This document shows positions 12,271-24,910 of a stretch of 64,000 nt of DNA, one piece after another (within the stretch, counting starts at the first letter, position 1; every line of letters begins with the position of its first letter). The position numbers and the translations under genes are program-made. This DNA comes from Watersipora subatra. Taxonomy: Eukaryota. The notes below the pieces were generated by a model. That model was not told where the DNA came from. It was given only the letters and a program-made list of their open reading frames with translations, and did no database searches. The stretch is taken from positions 43,623,910 to 43,687,909 of the forward strand of contig NC_088716.1 in assembly GCF_963576615.1 (NCBI RefSeq), written 5' to 3'.

Positions 12271-14519
12271 CAGATAAAAAGGATAAGACATAGAGAAAGT
12301 GTAAGGCAAAACTTACCCAGAAAACACCCACCATTCCAGCTATTCACATATAGGTAGTGAAATGGACTACATTGAATGAAAAGCATGGTTACACTGACCT
12401 TCAAGGAGCTATCCATGCACATTCAATGAGCTTTACAACAATGATAACAATGGACATGGCAAGAGATTATATCTTCGATTATTACTACTTCCCATTCCGG
12501 TATGGATACTCTTCAGTCAGATTTATGTATACATACATACTTCTTACATTTTCATGATTTCAGTGAAGCCTTGAATCAAATCTTTTGGCATGGGGAGGCT
12601 TTCTAAAGGTTTTGTAAAATCCTCTTCTAGAGAAGGCAAGACAACTCAATGAAAGATCTATGCTGGAACTAATAAATGAGGGCCTGCAAGTGATGGATTT
12701 ACCTATAACTTCTGTTCAGTATCTCACCTGCCCACATGCTTTCCATAAACATTAGTGTATGGAGGTACGATTCAACTGCTGCTTTACGTGAGCATGGCCG
12801 AACAGGTATCTCACTGCCTGTCAAACAAAGAAAAGGCGATGCAGCACTCTTGATACAACCTGAGAACACTACAGTTGACTTCTACACGTTATAGGAAGTA
12901 ACGAGAAGAGCCGGCAATTGCGTGCTGTCTGTACAACAAAGTCACTTCACTGATTTGGCCCTCACCCTTTTTCAAATACAAAAAAAGAATGGTAGCAGCC
13001 TAATCAGCTGTTCCTCGGCTTTATCAAGCTGATCATTTGAGCAAAAGAGTGTTTACATGTGCTTCATGTTTTCACCACAACATCAGGACACATTTTACCC
13101 TCCTAAACATATAACACAGCTGCTCTCATAGACACACTCTACTCTCAAAGACATTCTATGCTCATAGACACATATTCAACACAATATATGCTCATAAACA
13201 CACCCAACATATTCTATGCTCATATACCCACTGTCACTTGCTGAACTTTTTACCGAATGCCACATTTCTTCTGTAACATTTATTTTCGACGCAATGACTG
13301 GTGAGAATTAAAAGTAAAGTACTAGCTATTCGCAGGGCATAACCAATCACAGCTCATTCCCACTGAGAGAGAACATGAGCATATGACCCCTGACATATGT
13401 AAAGCATGACTAGATCCGTCTTGACCATCTGTAGAGAAAACTAACACGTCGGTAGAAGTCTGTACATACAGACAGAATCTAAGCAAGTAAATACGCCATA
13501 AGCATATAATACTACTAGCAAGACTTTACAACAATAGCCGGAGCAATGCTGAAGGAGGATTATTTTCATAGCTTTAGCGAAACTCAACTGACTATTATTT
13601 TCTGGTAGTTAGAACAAATCAGAAATTTCTTTAGTACCCTGAGAGTTTGTTCAAAACTAAGAAACAATTCGCACAACCTGAAGAACAAAAAGCTTCCAAA
13701 TTACTGATACAAGGTGCGGACCACATTAGTCGCAAAGCAGCAATTTAAATTAACAAAATATAAAAGTAAAACAAATAATAAATATAGAAGGCATGACCAA
13801 CTGCATCACTCTTTTATTGAAAGTGTAAGCTAGTAGCCTCAGATCAGAGTTGTTCTTTCTACAATAAAGTCGGATTAACCAACAACACAAGGAGTTATCT
13901 TACCTTACTTGATATAAGCAGTTACCAACCACCTCTTCTTAGCTAATTTTTGAAGCAACAACGATCCATCTTTGCAATAAACAAACTTAATTAAATAATA
14001 GATGTGACGGAAAATTCAAGCAAGGTAGTTCAAGACCAGCTTACCTTTTTCTCATAAAATATATCTAACAATCTACATGTGTTTGATCAACTACCTACGA
14101 TAGAGAGAGCAAGCAGGGAATGGAGAAAAACAAAGTTTTTCCTATAAAAATACTTTTTTCTTTTTAAAAGCAGTAAATTACTAGAAAAGATATATAAAAT
14201 TTAAAATTAAATTGGACATAGCAGCAGTGATTTACTAGTAATTAATGGACAAGGAACATAACAGCAGCCAGTGAAGGTATGTTTGTAGATCGTACATCAA
14301 CTATTCCATATTTATGGTCAGTTTATTATATAAATCATAGTATCACTTGACTTGCACCTCCCGAGCGCTACTTCATCTTGGCCATCCACATGGGTGAATA
14401 ACTCCTGCACATGTTACTTGGTATAATTGCTGAGAATTCTATGGGTTTAAAATCTTCTAGTCTGTGACTACGAACATAATGATCATAATCATGTAGTAAG
14501 CTACTGCTATAGAGCAGTA

Positions 14520-14700
14520 GAGCTACTTTAATAGAGACGTAGAGTTCCTATAATAGAGACATAGAGTTCCTATTATAGAGACATACAGTTCCTACTACAG
14601 AGACATAGAGTTCCTATTATAGAGACATAGAGTTCCTATAATAGAGACATACAGTTCCTATTATAGAGAAGTAGAGTTCCTATTATAGAGAAGTATAGAT
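14520..14700. repeat. 21-bp tandem repeat (atagagacatagagttcctat), about 9 copies
   Basis: Direct reading. Confidence 0.85.
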
Positions 14701-14710
14701 ACTACAGAAC

Positions 14711-14908
14711 TCACAAGTCTGGCTGAGCAGATAATTCCATCTGATGATAGAGCTGTTCGTACTGACGGTTAAACCCAGAACCGTGAATAGCAAATGCATT
14801 AAACTTGTCCACCTTTGGGGGGAAATAGTCGAGAGGTATGTTTGCTTGCCCCTGCCAACTACCTGTGTCAGCACACAATGTCGTAGAATACTTGAGGGGT
14901 AGCAGAGT
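14711..14908 (-). CDS. Putative 3'-terminal coding exon (65 aa + stop): [65 protein letters not shown]
   Basis: The minus-strand frame is open from an acceptor-like ttttgtatacag (plus 14909-14919), immediately after an in-frame TGA, to a stop at plus 14711-14713. The peptide has low-repetition, protein-like composition. It differs from the frame listed in the ORF track. Product not recognised. Confidence 0.35.
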   Translation of the reverse strand, partial: TLLPLKYSTTLCADTGSWQGQANIPLDYFPPKVDKFNAFAIHGSGFNRQYEQLYHQMELSAQPDL

Positions 14909-15399
14909 CTGTATACAAAATCAACGACGTTAGGTCAGCCAGTCCTAGGACGATTGAGGTAATAACCTGTTCAAAAAACGATAGAAACTTATTTTTATAG
15001 AATAAGCGAAAAATGACTTTAAATTAATTTAACTTATTGCTATTAGATTGTAGGTAAATAATTTATAGTATTTAATGTAAGTACTGGGTAAACACCGAAC
15101 TCTCTCATGACGAGCTCAACTGACTGGCTTACAATAAGCCTCGACTCTATAACGTTGTACAACCGTGAGATGTCATGCAACTACATGAACGTGCCACTAG
15201 TTATCATTTTATAAACAATTTTTAAATATGTTTACCGAGGAAGAGGTATATGCAGCTTGTAAACACTTTTTTGCATTTTATTTGTACTTGTTTCAGGATT
15301 ACCTTATTACTCTTATTATTACTCTTGTCTGTTTATTTATTGTCACTAATAGTGTTTTATCACGACTAGACACGCCCTCAATGAGAACAACTGCTAGTA

Positions 15400-15725
15400 A
15401 ATAATGTGTACAGGAGTGAATAGTTATTTAGTAAATAATGTGTACAAGAGAGGATAATTATCCAGTAAATAATGTATACAGGAGAAGAGAACTCTCCAGT
15501 AATTAATGTGTGCAGGAGTGGATAACTATCCAGCAAATAATGCATATAGGAGTAGATAATTATCCAGTAAATAATGTGTGAAGGAGCGGATAATTATCCA
15601 GTAAATAATGTATACAGGAGCGGATAATTATCCAGTAAATAATGTGTGAAGGAACGGATAATTATCCAGCAAGTAATGTATACAGGAGCGGATAACTATC
15701 CAGTAAATAATGTATACAATAAAAT
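15400..15725. repeat. 34-bp tandem repeat, about 9 units, each carrying the 12-bp palindrome GGATAATTATCC or a 1-2-mismatch variant
   Basis: Units ccagtaaataatgt(g/a)tacaggagcggataattat read directly. GGATAATTATCC is its own reverse complement. Confidence 0.85.
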
Positions 15726-16140
15726 CGAAGTATCTCAAAGTATTTATTCCTTATGTACTGCTATCATGTCTGAACAGATATGCATTTGTTATTTATTGCT
15801 TAGCTCTCCTACCCTACCTGACTTATTGTCACCTATTGTATTAGAATTGATTTGCATGATCTTTATGCAGTTGACATTTCAAAGGTGGGTTGTAGCAGAG
15901 TTAGAATAATAGTGCACAGAGTCCCGCGACCAATGAAGCATATATGGGAGCTCGCTAGTTTCCAAATAAACAGGCCGCGCCTACCATTTTTATATAACCT
16001 ATAATTGAGAGTCAACCACATTACCAAACAAAAATACTCCCATTTGCAGTTGCCCTAAAATTCATTGTTGTATTACATACCATATAGAAGAAGACAAAAT
16101 TTCTTACTAAATGCTATCAATAATTTTATAATTAAAGGTT

Positions 16141-16278
16141 GACTTGCAACAAAAATCACATTACAGCTATTTGGTATCAAAACATTCACCATGTCTTACT
16201 CTGTTGTGTAGTAGGTGCCAAATATGTGGAAATGTGATTACAAGCTCTTAAAAGCTCAAAAACGAAAAGCCGCCGTAG
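16141..16278 (-). repeat. Inverted partial copy of the 3' ~135 bp of the 390-bp dispersed repeat
   Basis: It matches the reverse complement of 6435-6570 (gacttgcaacaaaa(t/a)tcaca...gagcttttaagagc). Together with the direct copy at 16630-17017 it forms an inverted pair about 350 bp apart. Confidence 0.65.
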
Positions 16279-16629
16279 ATTGGAATCTTTTTATTTCGAT
16301 GACGTAGCTACGAAATTTGGTTATCGCCTTGTCACGTATGTTCTCACGTGAATTGAAAGGCCAATACAAAGCTCAATATAAAACTTATCGTAGCACTAGT
16401 TTATGACAAACACTTCGGGTTTTACCGAAGACCCAGTATCAAATATAGATGCTCGCTACTTAACAGTTTTGTTTCGGTTTGGTCTAATCGGCAAGTCGTA
16501 ATCTGATCATGTGACCCAATACTTCGCAAATAATTTCTGCAGCACTTTTCGATTATCACTGGTGACCAACAGGCTCGTCGTGATTATCAGACAATGATAT
16601 GTACTCTTTCAAGCTAAGGCTAAAAAATT

Positions 16630-17017
16630 AAACGAATTTTTACGGTAAGTTATAGGATATCAGTGCTAAAAGTGACAGCATTACGATGATGATAAAACAG
16701 ACGAGTAAGAACAATAGACATGGTTTTATTGAATGCGTGAAGTATATTTATGAAAATATTTCGACGAATAAGGTTGCATGAAAGTGTAAACAGAAACCAT
16801 CTCTCACAACTACATCACATTTGAGCCGTTTTGGAAAGAGAATCCAAACTACGGCGGTCTCGTGTGGCTGCGATTAACTGTTCGTTTTTTGAGCATTTAA
16901 GAGCTTGTAATCACCTTTCCACATATTTTGCATCTACAACACAACAGAGTAAGACATGGTGAATCTTTTCATATCAAATAACTGTAATGTGAATTTTGTT
17001 GCAAGTCAACCTTTAAA
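16630..17017 (+). repeat. Dispersed ~390-bp repeat, copy 2
   Basis: About 88 percent identity to 6170-6570. Confidence 0.7.
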
Positions 17018-17230
17018 GAGGGTTAATTTATTTTAAATTATAGAATTAATGACATCATCTTGTAGGGAAATTCTTTTAAATGGTATATAATACAACAAAC
17101 AATTTTAGAGTGACTGCAAATGGGAGTTATTTTTATTAGCTGCTATTGCTGTCTCTCCATTACAGCTTATGTAAAATGGTCTGTTTGTTTGAAAACTAGC
17201 CTTTTCGTTTCCGGTTCTGGTCACGGGACT

Positions 17231-20200
17231 CTATGCGCTATACTCTATGCGCTATACTCTATGCGCTATACTCTATGCTGTATACTCTATGCGCTATACT
17301 CTATGCGCTATACTCTATGCGCTATACTCTATGCGCTATACTCTATGCGCTATACTCTATGCGCTATACTCTATGCGCTATACTCTATGCGCTATACTCT
17401 ATGCGCTATACTCTATGCGCTATGCTCTATGCGCTATACTCTATGCTGTATACTCTATGCGTTATACTCTATGCGCTATACTCTATGCGCTACACTCTAT
17501 GCGCTATACTCTATGCGCTATACTCTATGCGCTATACTTTATGCGTGTATACTCTATGCGCTATACTCTATGCGCTATACTCTATGCGCTATACTCTATG
17601 CGCTATACTCTATGCGCTATACTCTATGCGCTATACTCTATGCATTATACTCTATGCGTGTATACTCTATGCGCTATACTCTATGCGCTATACTTTATGC
17701 GCTATACTCTATGCGCTATACTCTATGCGCTATACTCTATGCGCTATACTCTATGCGCTATACTCTACGCGCTATACTCTACGCGCTATACTCTATGGGC
17801 TATACTCTATGCGCTATACTCTATGCGCTATACTCTATGCGCTATACTCTATGCGCTATACTCTATGCGCTATACTCTATGCGCTATACTCTATGCACTA
17901 TGCTCTATGCGCTATACTCTATGCTGTATACTCTATGCGTTATACTCTATGCGCTATACTCTATGCGCTACACTCTATGCGCTATACTCTATGCGCTATA
18001 CTCTATGCGCTATACTTTATGCGTGTATACTCTATGCGCTATACTCTATGCGCTATACTCTATGCGCTATACTCTATGCGCTATACTCTATGCGCTATAC
18101 TCTATGCATTATACTCTATGCGTGTATACTCTATGCGCTATACTCTATGCGCTATACTCTATGCGCTATACTTTATGCGTGTATACTCTATGCGCTACAC
18201 TCTATGCGCTATACTCTATGCGCTATACTTTATGCGTGTATACTCTATGCGCTATACTCTATGCGCTATACTCTATGCGCTATACTCTATGCGCTATACT
18301 CTATGCACTATACTCTATGCTCTATACTCTATGCGCTATACTCTATGTGCTATACTCTATGCGCTATACTTTATGCGTGTATACTTTATGCGCTATACTC
18401 TATGCGCTATACTCTATGCGCTATACTTTATGCGTGTATACTCTATGCGCTACACTCTATGCGCTATACTCTATGGACTATATTCTATGCGCTATACTCT
18501 ATGCGCTATACTCTATGCGCTATACTCTATGCACTATACTCTATGCTCTATACGCTATACTCTATGCGCTATACTCTATGCGCTATACTCCATGCGTGTA
18601 TACTTTATGCGCTATACTCTATGCGCTATATTTTATGCGCTATACTCTATGCGCTATACTCTATGCGCTATACTCTATGCGCTATACTCTATGCGCTATA
18701 CTCTATGCGCTATACTCTATGCGTTATACTCTATGCGTGTATACTCTATGGGCTATACTCTATGCGCTATACTCTATGCGCTATACTCTATGCGCTATAC
18801 TCTATGCGCTATACTCTATGCGCTATACTCTGTGCGCTATACTCTATGCGCTATACTCTATGCGCTATACTCCATGCATTATACTCTATGCGTGTATACT
18901 CTATGGGCTATACTCTATGCGCTATACTCTATGCGCTATACTCTATGCGCTATACTCTATGCGCTATACTCTATGCGCTATACTCTATGCGCTATACTCT
19001 ATGCGCTATACTCTATGCATTATACTCTATGCGTGTATACTCTATGCGCTATACTCTATGCGCTATACTTTATGCGCTATACTCTATGCGCTATACTCTA
19101 TGCGCTATACTCTATGCGCTATACTCTATGCGCTATACTCTACGCGCTATACTCTACGCGCTATACTCTATGGGCTATACTCTATGCGCTATACTCTATG
19201 CGCTATACTCTATGCGCTATACTCTATGCGCTATACTCTATGCGCTATACTCTATGCGCTATACTCTATGCACTATGCTCTATGCGCTATACTCTATGCT
19301 GTATACTCTATGCGTTATACTCTATGCGCTATACTCTATGCGCTACACTCTATGCGCTATACTCTATGCGCTATACTCTATGCGCTATACTTTATGCGTG
19401 TATACTCTATGCGCTATACTCTATGCGCTATACTCTATGCGCTATACTCTATGCGCTATACTCTATGCGCTATACTCTATGCATTATACTCTATGCGTGT
19501 ATACTCTATGCGCTATACTCTATGCGCTATACTCTATGCGCTATACTTTATGCGTGTATACTCTATGCGCTACACTCTATGCGCTATACTCTATGCGCTA
19601 TACTTTATGCGTGTATACTCTATGCGCTATACTCTATGCGCTATACTCTATGCGCTATACTCTATGCGCTATACTCTATGCACTATACTCTATGCTCTAT
19701 ACTCTATGCGCTATACTCTATGTGCTATACTCTATGCGCTATACTTTATGCGTGTATACTTTATGCGCTATACTCTATGCGCTATACTCTATGCGCTATA
19801 CTTTATGCGTGTATACTCTATGCGCTACACTCTATGCGCTATACTCTATGGACTATATTCTATGCGCTATACTCTATGCGCTATACTCTATGCGCTATAC
19901 TCTATGCACTATACTCTATGCTCTATACGCTATACTCTATGCGCTATACTCTATGCGCTATACTCCATGCGTGTATACTTTATGCGCTATACTCTATGCG
20001 CTATATTTTATGCGCTATACTCTATGCGCTATACTCTATGCGCTATACTCTATGCGCTATACTCTATGCGCTATACTCTATGCGCTATACTCTATGCGTT
20101 ATACTCTATGCGTGTATACTCTATGGGCTATACTCTATGCGCTATACTCTATGCGCTATACTCTATGCGCTATACTCTATGCGCTATACTCTATGCGCTA

Positions 20201-20415
20201 TACTCTGTGCGCTATACTCTATGCGCTATACTCTATGCGCTATACTCCATGCATTATACTCTATGCGTGTATACTCTATGGGCTATACTCTATGCGCTAT
20301 ACTCTATGCGCTATACTCTATGCGCTATACTCTATGCGCTATACTCTATGCGCTATACTCTATGCGCTATACTCTATGCGCTATACTCTATGCGCTATAC
20401 TCTATGCACTATACA
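17231..20415. repeat. 14-bp satellite (CTATGCGCTATACT)n, about 225 units, with ~1375-bp higher-order periodicity
   Basis: Direct reading. Variant-unit landmarks (ctatgctgtatact at 17921 and 19296; ctacgcgctatactctacgcgc at 17765 and 19140) recur at an offset of 1375 bp. Confidence 0.9.
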
Positions 20416-20639
20416 GCTCTGGGTTGTAGTATCTTAAATTAAGCAATAGAGAAAGATTTACAGCCAAGTATTCTATCCATGTTTATGTCATGTTGACTTA
20501 AACGTACATTCTTCAATGTTCACATTGTCTACAAGGGTGTAAAAAATTCACATTTTCGCACTAACTACACAAGTTATGCAAAAATTGCTAGCTTGTGTAG
20601 TTTATCGGCTCGATGGATTTGATATCACATGCGAGGAGT

Positions 20640-20850
20640 GCAAACATTGTATACATTGTACGTAGTGGGTAGATGATGTGTAGGTAGTGTGTAGGTGATG
20701 CATAGATGTGTAGGTAAAGGGTAGGTGATGTGCAGGTGATGTCTAGGTGTTGTGTAGGTGTTGTGTAGACGATATGTAGGTAGATTGTAGGTGATGTGTA
20801 GGTAGTAGTAGATGATGTAGAGGTGCAGGTAATGGATAGGTAAAGGCAAT
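20640..20850. repeat. 12-bp tandem repeat (GTAGGTGATGTG variants)
   Basis: Direct reading. Confidence 0.8.
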
Positions 20851-21940
20851 GAATGAACATTTCATATATATGGAATGTAATAATAGTCTGTAGAATCAAA
20901 CATAATGGAGAGAAAATGTTCGTCATTGCAATCTCGCAAATTGTACACAAAAGTTTCTAAAGAACTAAATACTGTTAACCACCAGTAAGGACAGTAAGTA
21001 AGTACGTACATACCACCAGTAAGTACATTTGATGAAATATCGCTGCTCGGTCTATTTACCTCTGTAGGATTACGCCTCCCTTGCAAAAGAAGTACGATGT
21101 AGTGTCCGTGCCTGCATCATAAAAATGGAATCAACAATAAAGCAGTATGTATATTCATTCAACAACAACTATCAAGTAGCAAGTTTTCATAAATACATGT
21201 GATAATCTCCTTCTACTAGATAAGTTTTCACAGATGTAGTGATATTCTTGTCTTTCATACAGGCAGCACTCACCATGCAGGATGTATTGTAGCAAGCATA
21301 TTATCACTAATAGCAAACTTCCAACCTAGATAAAGCAACAATTTTTTCAGCGAACAGCATTTATTGGTTTTCGGATAACCAATTTTTTTGCAAAATGGGC
21401 ACTTTTACATGTGCCTTTTTGTGCCACATATTTCCATTGCAAGACCATTGAGAATAGAACCTGATGCAGAACTTTTACTATATATGCTGCCTGCGCAGCT
21501 ATCTGACATAATTATGTCTGATGCTGACAATGAGCACATTGAAAGTTAAGACTGTCTTATGACAATTCTCAACACGTATCTCTATATTGCTGAAAAGGCT
21601 GAGAGTCAAACCTGCTAAGAGTAGAGATCTTTGTGCAACTGCATGTTAAACTGCAGAACCCCATACTCACAAAGCAGCTTTTTATATGTATTACTAGGTG
21701 CATGTAGGGGCTTCAGAATGATTGCATACATGTAAATACTCACGCGCTACCAATGCTAATCATAGATATAAAGACCCATATATATCTATGATGCTAATAC
21801 ATTAAACCCTAGAAGATAATATAGGAGCAAGTGCTATCATTCCTGTGTTACCCTAGTCCTGTCAGGGATTGTTGTCTAGCTAGCAAAATGCATAAACAGG
21901 TCAGCTGATAATTCAAGCATAATATTATGAAGATACTCAC

Positions 21941-22006
21941 ATAAAGAAATATTCGCTCATTCGGGCAAGTGTCAGAGGCCCATGCAAGCGTACCAGCAGC
22001 AACTAA
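21941..22006 (-). CDS. Candidate 66-nt internal exon (LVAAGTLAWASDTCPNERIFLY) flanked by a ctttttcag acceptor and a gtgagt donor on the minus strand
   Basis: Both splice-consensus motifs are present, and only one frame is open. The evidence is weak: short, and no homology recognised. Confidence 0.2.
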
Positions 22007-22394
22007 CTGAAAAAGATTGCGCAAATGAGATGACTCACGGAGAGTATTCGACTTCCAGGTACGTATCATTTTGAGAATTGAGGAAAGATGCCTCGACCAC
22101 CTCATAATCCCATAAAAAGTCTGTTGGTCGTATAATTACATATAAGCTAATGATAATTAACTATTTCGAAATCGATGTGAGAGACTTATAAATCTAAAGA
22201 TGAGAAAATGTGGGAAATATGAGTGCTATGAATGAGAAAACAATAAAGCTGCACAATGATCGCTTAATTAAACGATTAACGCGACCAATACAAATAAACG
22301 ATTAACTGAGTTTGGCCAATTAATCTTCAATTAAAATGCACCCGAGGGGATGTAGTAATAATACGTTAGTAATTCTAAAGTAGCCGGTTACTAC

Positions 22395-23235
22395 CCAGGT
22401 TTGGATCTAGGAAAAAAAGTGTGTGGTGCAAAATTTGTGTAATAGGTATATCTAGAGTGGGAGGGGTGCGCGGGGCGACCCCCTTACCTGGCCCCGCGCT
22501 AGCGGAACTTTTTGAAATTTAGGCATGTTAAAATGAAGGAGAGGTGTGTTTGAGCCGTGTAATCATTTGTTTGCAGCAAACAACAAGTTTAGAGGTAAAA
22601 ATTGACATTAGATATGATTAATTAAATTGATGTTTTATAATGTTCCTTATACTATGTATATCAAGATTACATGTAAACAGAAAGTTAACAAACATTTGTG
22701 CAATAAAATAAAATCAAAACAAAATCAATCACAAAACTTCAACAGCCATTTGGTTTGGCTGTGCAGAAATTAGCCATCATTTCCGCAAACTACCATTAAA
22801 AATGTTTCGTAGTATTAGCTACATAACGATGCTATTATAAAACAGATATATTAGGGCGTACTTTTTTGAATTGTTGTTTTGTTGTCGAAAGAAATGATCC
22901 AAAGTTCGTTCTTGACCTTTCTTTTGAGACATTTTGCTTTTAAAGTTGTTTGTAGTACTTCTTTCAAAAAGGTTGTGGCTCAATTGGGGATGTTTATTGG
23001 GACCACTCTCATTTGTTTATAAGCTAAACAAATTCAGGTCAATGTTATTAAAACTGGTTCGTTATAACGAGCTCTGCTAGGCCGTTTTTGTTCATTTCCT
23101 TCCAAAGCAAGTTCTCAGTGAAATGAATTGTAATTTACTCAATTCTTGATGGATTTTAAATCTTGTTTTGAAATTTTTTGCCATATTTATGGTGGTGCAT
23201 TTGCACCATATACACCACAGTAGATCCGCCCCTGG
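22395..23235. mobile_element. Non-autonomous TIR element, copy 2 (~841 bp)
   Basis: About 90 percent identical to 4942-5789. The termini are ccaggtttggatctag ... ctagatccgcccctgg. It is flanked by tac on both sides, a possible 3-bp target-site duplication. Confidence 0.7.
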
Positions 23236-24249
23236 TACCCTCTCCTATAATGTATTTCTAGTTCACGTGATTTTTTGATGCACTTTGTGTATCAACATCT
23301 GCTTTGGTGTCTGTGTGTCTAATGAATATCACAAAATTTTGGTGTGTCCATATACCATGTTGTTGATGACACATCTCTTGTGGCACTCTTATGTAATTTC
23401 CTTGAACTCTGAAAAAGATATCACATAATGGGTAGTAATCCTATAATAGACATGTAAATAAACATACATATGAGTTGCTCCTAACTAGATGAAACCTTAC
23501 TCTACTGTTCAGGTTCCCTATTATTGCTACTACAATATGAAAGAACAGTTGAAAATAAAAAGTATCTCTGTTTATCCTACATGTAGATACAGTGTATAAC
23601 AGCCTCTCCTATTTACAATTTTTAAAATGGAGAATCGATAGGATATCAATTAATATTACTATGCCAGAATTGTAATTAGAGTATTACTATCCAGTATAGT
23701 AACACTCTTCCAAAATATTACTATACTGGAAGAGGGTCAAGTTAAGCCAATGTAAACAAAACTTGCAGCATGCATCTGTTGCCTAAAATAAGGCACCTGC
23801 ATATCCAAGTAAAAATGTAACATACTGCAAAGAAAGAAACAATGGCAACTTACCTGAATCGCTGTACAGTAGTAATGAACTGCAGTGAGATAGTCACACT
23901 CTCTAGAGGAGCGGCATGCGCATCAGACGTTCCACTTTCTATTCATCACATGACACTGTCACCAGACTACCATGGAGACATGAAAACTTCTCTATTCATA
24001 GACACAACATCAAGCTTGTTGGTAACGCTGCAAGAGAAGGTGGGGAGGGGGAGAAACCAAATCTGTGTGCTAAATTCTAGTGAACGTGAAGCCTATAGTT
24101 TATAAGCAGCTGTTTTTGAACACCAAATTTGAATATTTACAAACCAAATGAGATTTGTTAATTTTGCTGTCAATTTTAATAATTCACGCCTTTTTTAAAT
24201 AAAACGAAGAAACAAATGTTACCTAAATCAAAAACAGGGAAATACGCTT

Positions 24250-24910
24250 GAATTACTATTATCAATGTTCCAAAAGGTAGTTGGAAAACAGTTAGCTTTA
24301 CAGGGAGTACAACTATTGTCTGGCTTAAATGTTGTACCCGTGAGTACGTTTGTCAGAGGCAGATGGAGTTATGGTATCACCATCACTGTGCTTAACTTAG
24401 TAGTAAGTCGATGATTGAAAGTCTTCAGTCCATAGAGGCTTGCTCTTTATGAGCTGCTGTAGGAGTGTCACAAACAAGTAAGTTCGTCGAAACAGGTAGG
24501 ACAAGGAGGAAGTCGGATCTTCTTGAGCTATTGTGGTGTGCTTGCATTCATTTTTGGCAATTGTAATATATGCAATTTACCAGTTGAGTAGTCTAAGCAA
24601 AGCCTGTCCATAGGTCTCAAATTGTCAATTCTCATTATCAAAGGGTAGTGGCATTCCAGCATGACCAATAGCCTGGCTCTAATTAGCTTGTTTTGATTAC
24701 ACTGCAAGGTAAACTGCTCCTATGCCATTGACAACATTTTCATTTTTTGACCTTCTAGCTCGAACTGTTTCTTTCATTTTAGATGCTTACCCAAGGGAAT
24801 CACAAAGAAATTTTGTAATGGTAGAAATTTGAGCTCCGCTATCGATAAGGACTGATTGTTTCACACTGGCTACCATAACTCTCACAATTGATTCACGTAC
24901 TCCCAGTAAG
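24250..24910 (-). mobile_element. Degraded LTR-retrotransposon pol fragment (retropepsin-like region)
   Basis: The minus-strand translation gives LLGVRESIVRVMVASVKQSVLIDSGAQISTITKFLCDSLG*. It contains a DSGA aspartic-protease motif in the usual hydrophobic context, with stops and frameshifts around it. Confidence 0.35.

Noticed and set aside
15400-15725. Possible CRISPR-like repeat-spacer array
   Set aside because: The units are contiguous 34-mers with only a 14-bp variable segment, so there are no unique spacers. The surrounding locus is eukaryotic, with introns, LINEs and an Sm-E gene, so a CRISPR interpretation is inappropriate. The same applies to the other tandem arrays.
17120-20442. 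Three overlapping ORFs of 1060-1105 aa (all + frames)
   Set aside because: They lie entirely within the 14-bp satellite. Because 14 is not a multiple of 3, the stop-free unit cycles through all frames. The peptides are pure low-complexity reiterations (MRYTLCAILYALYS...). Not coding.
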